From assembly GCA_903860135.1 (NCBI GenBank), contig CAIOPG010000016.1:2674-66673 (forward strand): a stretch of 64,000 nt of DNA, given 5' to 3'. A program made the position numbers and the translations under genes. Source of the stretch: Candidatus Omnitrophota bacterium (GTDB taxonomy: Bacteria; Omnitrophota; Gorgyraeia; Zapsychrales; Fredricksoniimonadaceae). Below, piece after piece: positions 9,283 through 17,247 of this stretch (position 1 is its first letter; each line of letters starts with the position of its first letter). The notes beneath the pieces are model-generated. The model saw only the letters and a list, made by a program, of their open reading frames with translations. It did not search any database and had not been told where the DNA came from.

Positions 9283-10155
9283 TTATTTTGCTCTATGTCC
9301 AACAAGATTATTTTCAGACACGTGAGGTATCGCGTGTCTAGCCACAATACACCTCTGAACCTTATCGAATACTTTCTCGTCGATAATCTTTTCAACTGCG
9401 CCGGGCTTCTCGATACAATCGCCACCCCATCCTCTAGCCTTAACCTTTCTAAATCCCCATCGGGCTGCACCCTTATAAACCGGGTTGGTCAGAATTCTCT
9501 GTACCTTTTTGCTCGAAAATAATTTTCCGTATGAACTTTTTACGCCTACCTTATTTAGCACCGTTGCCACAGCCGTCATGTTCTTGCGCTTAAGAAATTC
9601 TCGAAAGATCTGCTCCACTATCGGCTTAGTATTGTCATCAATAATCAGACGCTTGCCTTCCACTTTATAGCCAAGTGGTGGCCGCCCTCCCAAAAACTGC
9701 CCGGTCAAAGATGCCATTGCATTCCTACATCTAATACCTCCAGAGGTGGCCTCATACTCACCAAACACGCCCAAGACTGAGAACAGCACCCTTCCTCCCG
9801 GGCTCTTGGTATCAATCAGCTCAACGACTGACTCGAGGCCAACACCACAGCGGCGAAACTCATAGTCCAAATTCAGCAGATCCCTAACATTGCGAGAAAT
9901 TCGATCGAACCGCCAAGTCAGCACAACATTAAAGTCTGCCTTCTCCTTCATATCTTGAAGCAACTGCGCCAAAGCCGGGCGACGTATAGGCGGAAGCGTA
10001 CCAGAATAAGCCTCATCAGTATAAACCCGGACCAACGTTCCACCTTGGGCTGTGATGTAAGCCTCACACCGAGCTCTCATCGCCGATAAACTACAACCAT
10101 CCTCTACCTGAGAATTGCTACTTACACGCAGATAAACTACGAAAGCCTTGCTCAC
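9283..10155 (-). CDS. serine recombinase (resolvase/invertase-size) second recombinase
   Basis: VVYLRVSSNSQ catalytic serine region. DRISRNVRDLL motif shared with the large recombinase (DRVARNVRDLL). 290 aa. Confidence 0.85.
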   Translation of the reverse strand: MSKAFVVYLRVSSNSQVEDGCSLSAMRARCEAYITAQGGTLVRVYTDEAYSGTLPPIRRPALAQLLQDMKEKADFNVVLTWRFDRISRNVRDLLNLDYEFRRCGVGLESVVELIDTKSPGGRVLFSVLGVFGEYEATSGGIRCRNAMASLTGQFLGGRPPLGYKVEGKRLIIDDNTKPIVEQIFREFLKRKNMTAVATVLNKVGVKSSYGKLFSSKKVQRILTNPVYKGAARWGFRKVKARGWGGDCIEKPGAVEKIIDEKVFDKVQRCIVARHAIPHVSENNLVGHRAK

Positions 10156-10306
10156 TTTACCCTCCCTTGTTCGCCATCCAACTCGTAAGCGTTCTCTAAT
10201 TTATAATCTTCAACCCTGATAGTCCCGCAACGGCATCGAAATGTGATCTCGATGCACTCATCGCCATGATTGCGTTTCAACTCCATCCATGCGTGATGAC
10301 AGTTCT

Positions 10307-10879
10307 TCACTTTCCCCACTGCTCCTTGTCCAGTCGCTCACCCTCAAGGTACAGGTCATGAGCCAAGACATACAGCTCAGGATATGAGAGCTCGATCTTA
10401 GCCTGCCTAACCATCCGCGCACAGACTCGCACCGCCACCAACTCACCCTTGCACGTAAATACTGGGTCAAGGGTCGGAACCTTACAAAAATAGGCCTGCA
10501 AATCCTTCATCTGTCGCCAAGGCTTAGCCTTAAACATGGCCTCACCTCTGTACTCCTTTATCAAATTCCATTTCAGAGGACTGTTCGTGTAAAAATCACC
10601 CCATTGAACTTCCTTACACTCTTTCAGATCTCGACACACAATCCTCTCAAAATTAGGAGGAAGAATTAAACCACTACTCCCTAAGATTTTACTAATCCTT
10701 GCCAGCTCCTGCCTCAGCCAAGCTCGGAAATCTTCAACCGAGGTACCGGGTGGAGAATCCTTGGCATACCATATTTCATCAGTACTCATCACACCTCCAT
10801 ATATATTCCTATAAAGCAGAAATCCCTCTTTCCGTGGCATTTCTCCACGTCCAGAGGGCACAAAGGGAATCGAGGGCAA
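10307..10879 (-). CDS. hypothetical protein
   Basis: 190-aa ORF with no recognisable motif. Probable start at MSTDEIWYAKD. Confidence 0.4.
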   Translation of the reverse strand: MPSIPFVPSGRGEMPRKEGFLLYRNIYGGVMSTDEIWYAKDSPPGTSVEDFRAWLRQELARISKILGSSGLILPPNFERIVCRDLKECKEVQWGDFYTNSPLKWNLIKEYRGEAMFKAKPWRQMKDLQAYFCKVPTLDPVFTCKGELVAVRVCARMVRQAKIELSYPELYVLAHDLYLEGERLDKEQWGK

Positions 10880-11403
10880 CCCTCGAGAACATATCTATAT
10901 CCCAATAAAATTAAAACACAGAGAAAGCTCAGACACAATATTGAAACTGAGTAAATATTTTAGAGAGATATAAAACCATTAACAAAACACTCACTCTTTA
11001 AACAGGAAAGTACTAAGGGTTAATTAAAACCACTTAACCCTGCTTAAAATATTTCTAAACGATTTTAGATAGAAGAGAAATACTTTAAAAATTAAGAAGA
11101 ATATTTTAAAGTTGGTTGCTTTACAGAACTAGTACAGGTATGCCGGGAAGAACTTCCCTCTGTACCCTTTGCTCCCTTGAAAGAGCTGAGAACTCTTTCA
11201 ACAAGTTAATTATGATTAATTATTATGGGCAACCTACTATAACCATTTACCTATACTGAGAACGCTTGTCTACTCCTAAGCATCCAATAAAAAGAAAGTG
11301 CCATATACTATCGAGTAAGTAGTAAAAGAATAATGACGATCCAGAAATATAAGGCATTAAATTCTGTCTTTACCTGTTGAGATACTCGGACGGAGAAATG
11401 CTA
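10880..11403. other. 524-bp AT-rich non-coding region with a hairpin and short reiterated motifs (candidate origin or regulatory region of the element)
   Basis: No ORF. Hairpin GGGTTAAttaaaaccacTTAACCC at ~11017-11040. Repeated TTTTAGAGAGATA / TTTTAGATAGAAGAGA / AATATTTT motifs. Confidence 0.4.
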
Positions 11404-11964
11404 CTAGTTTAACCGCTTGTAAACAGCCAACCAATCATTAGCAATAACACTTTGTGCTGCACGGAGCTCCATCTGTCCAGAGCAGACCTGTTCGTGTAGG
11501 TAATTCTCAACCTTATCTTTCTCGTGGAATCCCGGCCTAGGCTCCGCTGGTTCAGGCCAGAGATTAGCAATGTCATTGGACCCACCGAGTTCTAACGGCA
11601 CCAAGTGATCTACTTCATACTCACCTTTAACACGATGCTCGACGCCATACTCAGCATAAACATCACGCTTCAATGCTACTGTAACATTTCTCATGGTCTT
11701 GGTGTAACCCGACACACAAATCTCGGCCACCGTTGCCTGTTCAAACACTGCACCGGGTGTGCAGGCCTTGTCCGGCAGTGATCCCTGCTTTACACAGTTA
11801 AAGTCTTTAGTCCTAGCACCAATAGTTGGCGTTGATTGAACAGTCTGCTGGACCTGCTGAGGTTGCGGTGTCTGTTTGTACTGCTCAGAGATAATCCAAG
11901 CAACAAGAATTAGCAACAGGAAGAATGCTGCGATCACTAAAAGGTTTCTGGCGTTAGTGTTCAA
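11404..11964 (-). CDS. membrane-anchored HNH endonuclease family protein
   Basis: N-terminal TM helix LLVIAAFFLLLILVAWI. HNH signature YEVDHLVPLELGGSNDIANLWPE. Confidence 0.65.
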   Translation of the reverse strand: MNTNARNLLVIAAFFLLLILVAWIISEQYKQTPQPQQVQQTVQSTPTIGARTKDFNCVKQGSLPDKACTPGAVFEQATVAEICVSGYTKTMRNVTVALKRDVYAEYGVEHRVKGEYEVDHLVPLELGGSNDIANLWPEPAEPRPGFHEKDKVENYLHEQVCSGQMELRAAQSVIANDWLAVYKRLN

Positions 11965-12173
11965 CCCGCATCCTCCTGATCGACCAGACCCTTCTTGGTA
12001 AAAATCTGCTTTCCATCTTCACTGTACTCGATCTCAGCGTCATCTGGGGTTAAAATTACCAGAGCAACACCCGGATCTTTGGAAAGGATCTCCACCCTAC
12101 CATCCTCATGAAACTTTATGACAACTTTCTTCGGCTTCTCTTTTTCCATAATTTCCCCAAGGTTTACAGACAA
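11961..12173 (-). CDS. small hypothetical protein translationally coupled to the HNH gene
   Basis: 4-nt overlap with the HNH start. Probable start MEKEKPKKVVIKFHEDG. Acidic C-terminus. Confidence 0.35.
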   Translation of the reverse strand: MSVNLGEIMEKEKPKKVVIKFHEDGRVEILSKDPGVALVILTPDDAEIEYSEDGKQIFTKKGLVDQEDAG

Positions 12174-12251
12174 TTATGAACAATAGTGAACATTTAACGA
12201 CTTCTATGTACCCAAAGTCGTAGAATAAGTAAACTTTCTTCCGATTTACTC

Positions 12252-12280
12252 TTGACAAGATAATGGTTTAGTATACTATA
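12252..12280 (+). promoter_or_regulatory. sigma70-like promoter for ORF 12303
   Basis: TTGACA ... TATACT/TACTAT, followed by GGAGGAAATT-ATG. Confidence 0.35.
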
Positions 12281-12302
12281 TGAAGTAAGAACGGAGGAAA
12301 TT

Positions 12303-12698
12303 ATGAGTGAAAGAACTGTTAATCCAGTATTGTTTACAAAGCCTAGATCAAAACTATCGTCAAAGACATTGACCATGAGCCCTAAAGGCGGGTTCATGTT
12401 CTCCTCCGGTGCCTGCCATGAGTGGGATCTGCTCAAGTATAAGTTCTGCATTCTTGGTTACGATCCTGTAGAAAAAGCAGTGTGTTTCCAGTTCGTAGAC
12501 TTAGCTGACTACGTTGGTGCAATAAAACTCACCATTCGTAAAGCTGGCAACCTATCCCTTCAATCAGGAGCCTTCTTTGCCTTCAACAGATTAGACCCAA
12601 AAGAACTCGCGGGCCGGTACAGCATTGTTAAGCAGGATCTCCCTGAAAAAGGCACATGGTTTGTTGCCTTCCTAGACTCTAACCACTCTAAAAAGTAA
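12303..12698 (+). CDS. hypothetical protein
   Basis: 131 aa with a strong RBS. Only plus-strand gene in this part of the element besides the putative endonuclease. Confidence 0.45.
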   Translation: MSERTVNPVLFTKPRSKLSSKTLTMSPKGGFMFSSGACHEWDLLKYKFCILGYDPVEKAVCFQFVDLADYVGAIKLTIRKAGNLSLQSGAFFAFNRLDPKELAGRYSIVKQDLPEKGTWFVAFLDSNHSKK

Positions 12699-12709
12699 AA
12701 AACATGGCA

Positions 12710-12776
12710 AACATTTACATTGATGGGCGCACCACAAGAAGAACTCCAGAATCTTCTTGTGCCAACTGTAAATGTT
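12710..12776. promoter_or_regulatory. nested inverted repeats between ORF 12303 and the putative endonuclease gene
   Basis: Outer arms AACATTTACA / TGTAAATGTT. Inner arms CACAAGAAGA / TCTTCTTGTG. No downstream T-run, so more likely an operator or attenuator than an intrinsic terminator. Confidence 0.35.
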
Positions 12777-12954
12777 GGGGGAGCCTCCAAAGCTCTCCCA
12801 GCCATGTTTTTATGTTATGAGTATACATCAAGCTAATCTATGACGCAAGGTTGACCTTATTTTTCATCCCCTGTCCTTCTAACCATGCTTAAATATCTTC
12901 GTTACATTATTTGTATATTCGGTATTATACTATTATAAAAATTGTTACCAATAA

Positions 12955-15003
12955 ATGACATCAACTACTAATCCTCAACAAATAATCAACCTATCAATTC
13001 ACGGTGATAATATCGTTGAGTGCGAACGCGCTTGGGCATTAATCAAAGATGCGTTCAATTGCCACTCAAGCACACCTTCAATTATCCCCGATTCAATTAT
13101 TGCCCCTAACTTTGAAGCATCCTCTCAAGAATATAATATTCAACTTCGTGCAGTATTTCTCCCTGGGTTTAACCGATGGAGTCCAGATATTCTAGCCCAT
13201 ATTAAGAATCGCGGCGCTATGTTACGTGAGGCTGCCGATGCTATTATTTGCCTAAATCTAACATCTAAAGATAATCAACCCATTCAAATCCCGTTGTTAG
13301 CAATCGAATTCTGTGGAGCCTTAGCTGCAGGGAATCAAGCTTGGCAACGCTGCGGTCGAGCATTAGCTTTTTCGGCAGCTAAGATTCCTTATATTTATTT
13401 AGCAGAACTAGGCGGATTTGAGTTAGATGAAGATAGAAATATAAAAGCTGTACGATTGCCTAACCCATTAATCCCATTTGCTTATCTAACATTATCATTC
13501 CAATCCGATACATTCGCATTACCCGTTTTCATTCCAAATGCGGCAGCAGATAAAACAGCCTTGACCAACTTTCATAATTGTTTTGGTTTACCTAATTTGC
13601 TCGAGCTAATTCGCCACGCTATCTTAAACACAAACCCATCCTCCTCAGCCAATGCTTTAACAGCTAAAACACTCGCACTCGTTAATATTCTATCGGACAA
13701 TCGAAAGCAAAAAGTTAAGAATACCTTTACTCCTCCACTATGGGAAGAATGGCTTAAAACAATCCATAATGATCAGACTGCTGCTACTTACATTGCACAA
13801 CAAGCACTTAGTTGGGGAAAAACAGCATATATAGCCGGACTAACTCAAACCACAAAGAATGTTATCAACTCCGCGCCGAAATATGCGATTGGCGCCGGAG
13901 CATCTCAAGTCCCAATCTGTGTAGTTCCCGCAAGCCAACGCGTCAATTTTGCTAACTTTATCATCACGCAATATCCAAAGTTAACACCTCAATTTCGTAA
14001 TTGGCTTAAAGAAGACCGGCCTCTTGGTATTTGCTGGGTAATGGGATTCAAACCTCGAGGGGATGACGCTCGACCTGATCGTGGACTTCCCCCTCTAGCT
14101 CGTATGATATTTGGACCCAAGACTGATCTCTTAACATTTGTCTATGGACCTGCCAAACCATTCTCCTGGCCCTTATTGCACAATAAACCACAACAATTAG
14201 CTAATCAAAATGGGCTTTGGGAAGCAATCTTAGCAATGAGCGATGCAATATTGGTAGACAGCATTACGGATAAAAATATTACAGATAAAGGCTACCTTCG
14301 CAGCCACTGGCATAAGGCTCAATCACCAATACCTCCATCTCCACTCCCGGTTAGTGTTATCACTCCAACATCACTCGGAGAGAATGATGTTGACACCGTA
14401 ATACACCTCCTAATGACTTCCAATAAAGAAATAGTATTCGAAGGTATGTGCAACCCGCCCGGCGGAGATTGGAGTGGTATTTCAATTAAGGATAGTGCTA
14501 ATAATGTAACTCTGGAGAAGCGTTGGCTTTCCCTGCCAAGGGTTAGCGCACAACAACACAAAAGACCAGACCATGTCTTTCAAATATTCTTTCCGAATAA
14601 GCTTCCGATTATTCTCTCAGTTGAATCTAAGGAGAAATCATCTGACGTCGAGCCAAATATCGGCGAAAGACTTTCTGGCTACATTCAACAGCTTATGAAA
14701 GTTCCATCCTCCGTAGAACGAGAGTTCCCCAAAGGAGCTTGGAAGGTATCAGTCGATAAAATTGATCTAAAGAAATTTAGATTCGCATCAGCTGTGGCAT
14801 TCTTATCAGATAGTAATAATGAATTAGAAATTGCCAAAAAGAAATCTCAAGCAGATTTGATAATTGGAATAACGATATCAGCTAACGGAAAAGATGCGGA
14901 ATTGAAACTGCTTGCAGGATCACCTATTGGAACAGAATTGCTCACATCAATTCATTCCTTAACAAAAATATCAAGACTACCTATAAAAGCCTCAATAATT
15001 TAA
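12955..15003 (+). CDS. large uncharacterised protein, candidate restriction endonuclease of a two-methyltransferase R-M module
   Basis: 682 aa. Convergent with, and 12 nt overlapping, the Dam-family methyltransferase gene. C-terminal half has a PD...ESK arrangement (RPDHVFQIF...ILSVESKEK) compatible with a PD-(D/E)xK nuclease. No methyltransferase motifs. Confidence 0.45.
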   Translation: MTSTTNPQQIINLSIHGDNIVECERAWALIKDAFNCHSSTPSIIPDSIIAPNFEASSQEYNIQLRAVFLPGFNRWSPDILAHIKNRGAMLREAADAIICLNLTSKDNQPIQIPLLAIEFCGALAAGNQAWQRCGRALAFSAAKIPYIYLAELGGFELDEDRNIKAVRLPNPLIPFAYLTLSFQSDTFALPVFIPNAAADKTALTNFHNCFGLPNLLELIRHAILNTNPSSSANALTAKTLALVNILSDNRKQKVKNTFTPPLWEEWLKTIHNDQTAATYIAQQALSWGKTAYIAGLTQTTKNVINSAPKYAIGAGASQVPICVVPASQRVNFANFIITQYPKLTPQFRNWLKEDRPLGICWVMGFKPRGDDARPDRGLPPLARMIFGPKTDLLTFVYGPAKPFSWPLLHNKPQQLANQNGLWEAILAMSDAILVDSITDKNITDKGYLRSHWHKAQSPIPPSPLPVSVITPTSLGENDVDTVIHLLMTSNKEIVFEGMCNPPGGDWSGISIKDSANNVTLEKRWLSLPRVSAQQHKRPDHVFQIFFPNKLPIILSVESKEKSSDVEPNIGERLSGYIQQLMKVPSSVEREFPKGAWKVSVDKIDLKKFRFASAVAFLSDSNNELEIAKKKSQADLIIGITISANGKDAELKLLAGSPIGTELLTSIHSLTKISRLPIKASII

Positions 15004-15810
15004 ATACAAAGACTCCTCCACCATATTCTTCGTCTTATCTATTACTTTTCTGAAACTCGAATAACCTGAGCGCAAAAGAAAATGCCTCTTATATAATGAT
15101 TTCGGAATTTCTACAGAATAATCTTTCTCCGTACTCTTCCCATCGAACGACAATGCGTATTTTATCTTCTTCTTATTTAAACGATTCAATTCATCAAGAA
15201 ACTCACTAAAATTAATTGTGCCATAATATCGCCCCTTTGTATAAAAATATGGCGGATCTAAATATACAAAATCTCCAGTTTCAACTCTCGCCAAAGTCTT
15301 TCTATAATCACCGACACAAAAGTCAACTGGCTTCACAACCTCTTGCCACTCTACTAGAATTCCCGCCAATCTTTCAGGCTGGATGCCTCTTCTTGTATGA
15401 TGTAATGAATTGTTAAACTCCCCATTCTTATTAAATCTAATAAGCCCATTCACGCATGTCCTAGAAAGAAAGAAGAGATCATATGGACTATGTGTTTCAT
15501 TAAACCGATTACGAACATCATAAAAGACTAAATGACCGTCGGCCTTCAATCTATTCCACTCCTTCTGATAATAAGTCAACAAACTATCTGGAGAATCTTG
15601 AACGACTTTCCATAAATCAATAAGCGGCTTACAAATATCACTGCAAACAGCAATCTTAGGTCGAAGATATGAAATTATAGATCCCCCACCAATAAATGGC
15701 TCGTAATAGCACCCTAAATCCTGAGGGAACTTACTCACTATCTCTTTAGCTTGACTTCGTTTACTACCTGTCCATTTAATGATTGGCATCAATGAATTTC
15801 CAAGTCTCAT
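14992..15810 (-). CDS. Dam-family (alpha-class) N6-adenine DNA methyltransferase, DpnM-like
   Basis: IIKWTGSKR (the KWAGGK-type motif of the Dam family). Motif I EPFIGGGS precedes motif IV TGDFVYLDPPY. Confidence 0.85.
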   Translation of the reverse strand: MRLGNSLMPIIKWTGSKRSQAKEIVSKFPQDLGCYYEPFIGGGSIISYLRPKIAVCSDICKPLIDLWKVVQDSPDSLLTYYQKEWNRLKADGHLVFYDVRNRFNETHSPYDLFFLSRTCVNGLIRFNKNGEFNNSLHHTRRGIQPERLAGILVEWQEVVKPVDFCVGDYRKTLARVETGDFVYLDPPYFYTKGRYYGTINFSEFLDELNRLNKKKIKYALSFDGKSTEKDYSVEIPKSLYKRHFLLRSGYSSFRKVIDKTKNMVEESLYLNY

Positions 15811-16640
15811 CGTGATTCATCCCCTTTTACAAAAAGGTCAGGCTCGGTAAATTCAACCCTTTCTTTCGCGAGTTTAATATATTCCTCACTTATTTCAAAT
15901 GCAATATATCGACGATCCAACATTTTTGCGGCTACACATTCTGTTCCAGACCCACAAAATGGAATCAAACAAACATCTCCCGGCTTACTCGCAATAGAAA
16001 TAATTCTATCTGCTATTCTAATAGGCTTCTGAGTTGGATGAGAACCATACTTCCGTTCAACTTTCGTCTTATTATTGGGAATATCCCAGACGGTTCTCAT
16101 CTGCTTCCCCTTCTTCTTCAACAAGTCTTCAGCAAAATCACCATTCTTAGTATACGGATAATTAAAGAAATACTTTCGCTTCCCTTTACCATAATGGCCC
16201 CATAACAACGTTTCATGACTTGCAGTCAAACGCCGCCCTGACAAATTGGGGAATGAATTCCTTTTATACCAAACAACCTCATTAATAATTTCAATTCCTA
16301 GAAGTTGAAATACGAAGTTTATAACTCCAATATTATGATATGTTCCATATACCCAAATAGAGCCTGTAGGCTTCAACAATCGCTTTGCTTCAGTCAACCA
16401 AGCTAGAGTGAAATTAAAATATTCACTTAGCCCCATACAGTCCCAATCTTCCATCACTTTATTCCAAACGCCACCCATGCCCTTCAACTCAACACTTTTA
16501 TCCCATCCCCACTTATTGCCTTTCGACAAATTATATGGTGGATCAGCAATAATTAAGTCGATTGAGGAATCTGGCAAGGCCTTCATCCCGTCGACACAAT
16601 CCTGATGTATTATTGAATTTAGAGATTTTTCTATCTGCAT
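15807..16640 (-). CDS. beta-class N6A/N4C DNA methyltransferase, DpnA-like
   Basis: DLIIADPPYN near the N-terminus and SHPTQKP...IPFCGSGTECVAAKMLDRRYIAFEISEEY near the C-terminus (D12-class order, collinear with DpnA). ATGA overlap with the Dam-family gene. Confidence 0.85.
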   Translation of the reverse strand: MQIEKSLNSIIHQDCVDGMKALPDSSIDLIIADPPYNLSKGNKWGWDKSVELKGMGGVWNKVMEDWDCMGLSEYFNFTLAWLTEAKRLLKPTGSIWVYGTYHNIGVINFVFQLLGIEIINEVVWYKRNSFPNLSGRRLTASHETLLWGHYGKGKRKYFFNYPYTKNGDFAEDLLKKKGKQMRTVWDIPNNKTKVERKYGSHPTQKPIRIADRIISIASKPGDVCLIPFCGSGTECVAAKMLDRRYIAFEISEEYIKLAKERVEFTEPDLFVKGDESR

Positions 16641-16758
16641 ATTTTAATTTATCCCACATTGTAATAACATAAACTACTCAAGACAAGGTATTTAGCATTT
16701 TCGCAATATTAACATTTCATTATAACAACCCAACCTCCACAACAACGGTTTTAATTTC

Positions 16759-17247
16759 GTGATGAATCCCTGCCCATGCGGCCACCTGGGCGACCGCAAC
16801 AAAGCCTGCCGCTGCAGCAGCGCGCAGATCCAGCGCTACCAGATAAAGATCTCGGGCCCCTTGCTTGACCGCATCGATATTCATCTGGATGTCCCGGCCC
16901 TCAAGACTGATGACCTGTTGAATGCGCCTTCGGGCGAATCGTCCGAAACGATCCGGGCGCGTGTCCTGACAGCGCGTGAACGCCAGCTGGAACGTTTTAA
17001 AGGCGAGGACGTTTTTGCCAACACCCAGATGTCACACCGCCACATCCGCAAACACTGTGCCCTGGATAAAGCCGCGCAAAAACTGCTGAAAGATGCGGTA
17101 GAAACCCTAGGGATCTCGGCCCGCGCCCACGACAAGATCCTGCGCCTGGCCCGCACGATCGCCGACATCGACGGGGCTGACACGATCAACACAGGACATC
17201 TCTCTGAAGCTATCGGGTACAGGACGCTGGACAGGACAAGCACATGA
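16759..17247 (+). pseudogene. comM: comM/yifB 3' portion (C-terminal domain) separated from its 5' part by the insertion
   Basis: MNPCPCGHLGD...LLDRIDIHLDV... matches the ComM/YifB C-terminus. Continues exactly where 1902..2984 breaks off. Confidence 0.85.
16762..16779. repeat. right junction repeat ATGAATCCCTGCCCATGC (candidate attR core)
   Basis: Second copy of the MNPCPC-coding 18-mer, 2 mismatches to the left copy. The comM reading frame resumes here. Confidence 0.6.

Larger units (their letters stand above)
2973..16761. mobile_element. ~13.8 kb AT-rich integrative element inserted in comM (serine-recombinase type) carrying replication and defence cargo
   Basis: Splits comM. Flanked by an 18-bp imperfect direct repeat. 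Sharp GC drop relative to flanks. Encodes a large serine recombinase adjacent to the left end. Confidence 0.8.

Noticed and set aside
12194-12451. 85-aa minus-strand ORF
   Set aside because: It overlaps the promoter and 5' end of the better-supported plus-strand ORF 12303-12698 and lacks an RBS.
2955-16779. Interpreting the 18-bp repeat as a transposon-type target-site duplication
   Set aside because: 18 bp is far longer than typical duplications. The two copies differ at 2 positions. The element encodes a serine recombinase rather than a DDE transposase. Attachment-site hybrids (or an element-borne copy of the target segment) fit better, but I cannot define the crossover without an empty site.
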